DNA from: Squalus acanthias
Taxonomy: Eukaryota
Direction of reading: 5' to 3'
Assembly (NCBI GenBank): GCA_030390025.1
Contig: CM059432.1
Coordinates: 87,112,001 to 87,176,000 of the forward strand
DNA: 64,000 nt
Shown here: positions 61,111-64,000 of the stretch, piece after piece
Position numbering within the stretch: position 1 is the stretch's first letter
How the letters are laid out: each line of letters opens with the position of its first letter
Made by a program: the position numbers and the translations under genes
The notes under the pieces: generated by a model
Told to the model about the DNA's origin: nothing
Database searches by the model: none
The model's input: the letters and a program-made list of their open reading frames with translations, nothing else

Positions 61111-62391
61111 ATTGGTGACTGTGACAAAGGTAAACTATCCCTCCTAGCCCTTCTTGACTTGTCTGCAGCCTTTGACACGGTTGACCACTCCATCCATCTC
61201 CAATGCCTCTCCACCATCATCCAACTGGGTGGGACTGCACTCGCCTGGTTCCATTCTTATCTATCTAATCGTAGCCAGAGAATCACCTGCAATGGCTTCT
61301 CTTCCTGCTCCCGCATCATTACCTCTGGTGTCCCCCAAGGATCTATCCCTGGTCCCTCCTATTTCTCATCTACCTGCTGCCCCTCGGCGACGTCATCCGA
61401 AAACACAGCATCAGTTTCCACATGTATGTTGACGACATCCAGCTCTACCTCACCACCACTTCTCTCGACTCCTCCACGGTCTCTAAATTGTCAGACTGCT
61501 TGTCCGACATCCAGTACTGGACGAGCAGAAATTTTCTCCAATTAAATATTGGGAAGACCAAAGCCATTGTTTTCGGTCCCCGCCACAAACTCCGTTCCCT
61601 AGCCACTGACTCCATCCCTCTCCCTAACATCTGTTTGAGGCTGAACCACACTGTTCACAACCTTGATGTCATATTTGACCCTGAAATGAGCTTCCGACCA
61701 CATATCCACGGCATAACTAAGACTGCCTATTTCCACCTCCGTAACATCGCCCGACTCCGCCCTTGCCTCAGCTCATCTGCTGCTGAAACCCTCATCCATG
61801 TCTTTGTTACCTCTAGACTTGACTATTCCAATGCACTCCTGGCTGGCCTCCCACATTCTACCCTATGTAAACTTGAGGTGATCCAAATCTCGGCTGCCCG
61901 TGTCCTAACTCACACCAACTCCCGTTCACCCATCACCCCTGTGCTTGCTGACCTACATTGGCTCCCGGTTAAGCAACACCTCGATTTCAAAATTCTCATC
62001 CTTGTTTTCAAATCCCTCCATGGCCTCGCACCTCCCTATCTCTGTAATCTCCTTCAGCCCCACAACCCCCTGAGATATCTGCGCTCCTCTAATTTTGCCC
62101 TCTTGAGAATCCCTGATTATAATCACTCAACCATTGGTGGCCGTGCCTTCTGTTGCCTAGGCCCTAAGCTCTGAAATTCCCTGCCTAAACCTCTCCGTCT
62201 CGCTACCTCTCTTTCCTCCTTTAAGACGTTCCTTAAAACCTACCTCTTTGACCAAGCTTTTGGTCACCTGCCCTAATTTCTCCTTATGTGGCTCGGTGTC
62301 AAATTCTTTTCTTACAACACTCCTGTGAAGCACCTTGGAACGTTTTCCTACTTTAAAGGTGCTATATAAATACAAGTTGTTGTTGTTGTTG
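61111..62391 (+). mobile_element. L2 LINE, 5'-truncated
   Basis: LLDLSAAFDTVDH, SGVPQGS, YVDDIQLY, SRLDYSN; (TTG)n tail. Confidence 0.95.
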
Positions 62392-63019
62392 CTGCCCTGG
62401 CAGCAGGCCACTCATGCCCAGTGACTCATCACATGCAGATCCCACCTATATTAGAATCGGAGTTGATCGCAAGCAGAGTGGAAGAATTTGGTGATAGTAG
62501 GAATCGGTGGAGATGAGGAAGGCGGTTTCTCACGTCCAACTCACAAGGAGGACACTAAGTTAGGTATCTGGTGAGAGAGTATAAAGGGCACCCATGTTGA
62601 TGGAATAGATGGCAGGTGAAGTAGAGATGACAGAAGCGATCTGTCAATGGTGAGAGAGTCCTTCCAATGAGGTGAGACTGGATGGAGGCTTTGCTGGAAA
62701 CACTTGCAGCCTGCAGAATCTGTGCTGGAAATAGACTGAGCAACAGCTTCTGCCTGAGGAAAGTGATCATCTGTCAGGTGGGAGCTTTTACTGAACATTT
62801 GATGCTGTGAAGTAGTCATCTGGAGCAATGGTCACAGAACCCCCGCCTCAGGTTGACAGACGTGGTTCCTGTGAATCCCGTGGCCATACAGGGAAATTTA
62901 AAAAGTAAGTGAAAAAAGGCTCTTAAGTGCCTGTAAACTACCTGATAATGATTTCAATTGTGTCGCCTGCCGCTGCCGCTCGGGTTGGCTCCGCGATGAC
63001 AGGCGCGCCTGGGGGGCCG

Positions 63020-63280
63020 AGATAGAGTGGATAGAAAGGACCTATTTCCCTTAGCAGCGAGGTCAGGAACCAGGGGGCATAGATTTAAAGGATTAGAGGG
63101 GAATTGAAGAGAACTTTTTCACCCAGAGGGTGGTGGGGATCTAGAACTCACTGTCTGAAAGGGTAGTAGAGGCAGAAACCCTCATCACATTTAAAAAGTA
63201 CTTGGATATGCATTTGAAATGCCATAACCTACAAGGCTACGGACCAAGAATTGGAAAGTGGAATTAGGCTGGATAATTGC
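63020..63280 (+). mobile_element. CR1 3' fragment
   Basis: Degenerate RTRGHRFK..FFTQRVV..NSL sequence. Confidence 0.8.
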
Positions 63281-64000
63281 AGTTCTTGGCTATCTGAAAG
63301 GAGAAAAGCACAAGGGTAGGGATGTGGTGAGGGGAGTGGGGAAAGCAAGAGGTGCATGCTTACACCATGTGCAGCTTGTAAATCAGAAGAGATTGTGGGA
63401 TGAGGGGGTAGTGGGATGTGAGAAGGAGGATTAGGTCTGAAGATACCATCACCTTTCATTGTTTCAGCCCCGCCACTGGCCACGGGCTCACTGGTGGCCA
63501 CTCCAATAATCTCCAGCACCGTCTCCTCCATGAGGGTAAGGTTATGCAGGCGCGCCTTTCTCCCTGTGTGTAGCCTCTGCTGCCTACGGTTGTGTGCCAC
63601 CTTGTCCTGCAAGAGAGAGGGAAGTGTGTCAGTGAGTGTGGTGCAATGTGTTTGGGTGATGTGCCTGTCATAGTTGATTAGCTGGCAGTGTGTGCAAGCT
63701 GTGAGATGTGGGTGTGAGGCTTGTAGCAGTGGTAAGTGTGTGCAGGTGAGGTGAAGCTATGACTGTGAGATATGAGTCGTGATTGAGAGAGATTGTTGTA
63801 GGTGAGTCGGGGGGTGGGGGGCGGTGGTGGTGGTGAATTGAACAGTGTCTCAGCCTAGTGGTACAGTTGTAACATTTGAGGATGAATTCACTGACCTTGA
63901 CCACTCGTGTGAGGTCATTAAACTTCTTGCGGCATTGCATCCAGGTCCTCGGGGCTACACTGTTGGCATTGACCGCGACGGCTATCTGATCCCATTGCCT

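Larger units (their letters stand above)
59394..64000. mobile_element. PIF/Harbinger remnant with deleted transposase (+) and Myb-like pseudogene (-), nested insertions, runs off the window
   Basis: ATGGGTGCA at ~59863 joined to the acidic tail; Myb exons QCRKKFNDLTRVVK|GT (~63895), DKVAHNRRQQ (63452-63606) and last exon 60220-61110. The Myb pieces may come from more than one copy. Confidence 0.75.

Overview
Eukaryotic, repeat-dominated DNA, almost certainly from a cartilaginous fish (shark-like). The evidence is HER1/CR1-type LINEs with (TTCTATGA)n tails, L2 LINEs, DeuSINE/SacSINE1-like tRNA SINEs, Penelope-like elements (PLEs) and many PIF/Harbinger transposons and MITEs. I found no convincing host protein-coding exon, so the window looks intronic or intergenic. 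Nearly every ORF in the track is a transposon remnant or an antisense shadow of one. Main observations: (1) Two PLE families carry minimal hammerhead-ribozyme motifs. One forms a ~200-bp TSD-flanked palindromic insert with a hammerhead on each strand (30972-31181). The other forms a ~506-bp unit-length, terminally redundant mini-element with an intact GUC hammerhead (45416-45921). Both are retrozyme-like. (2) A 3.25-kb Harbinger keeps a three-exon Myb/SANT-like gene with one frameshift while its transposase core is deleted. (3) A Harbinger MITE family is reduced to two convergent promoter/5'UTR halves. (4) There is a probable 1.3-kb solo LTR, a chance Arg-rich/CR1-RT fusion ORF, a 29-bp minisatellite and a 1.7-kb tandem duplication. 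Family names come from motif recognition only; no database search was run.
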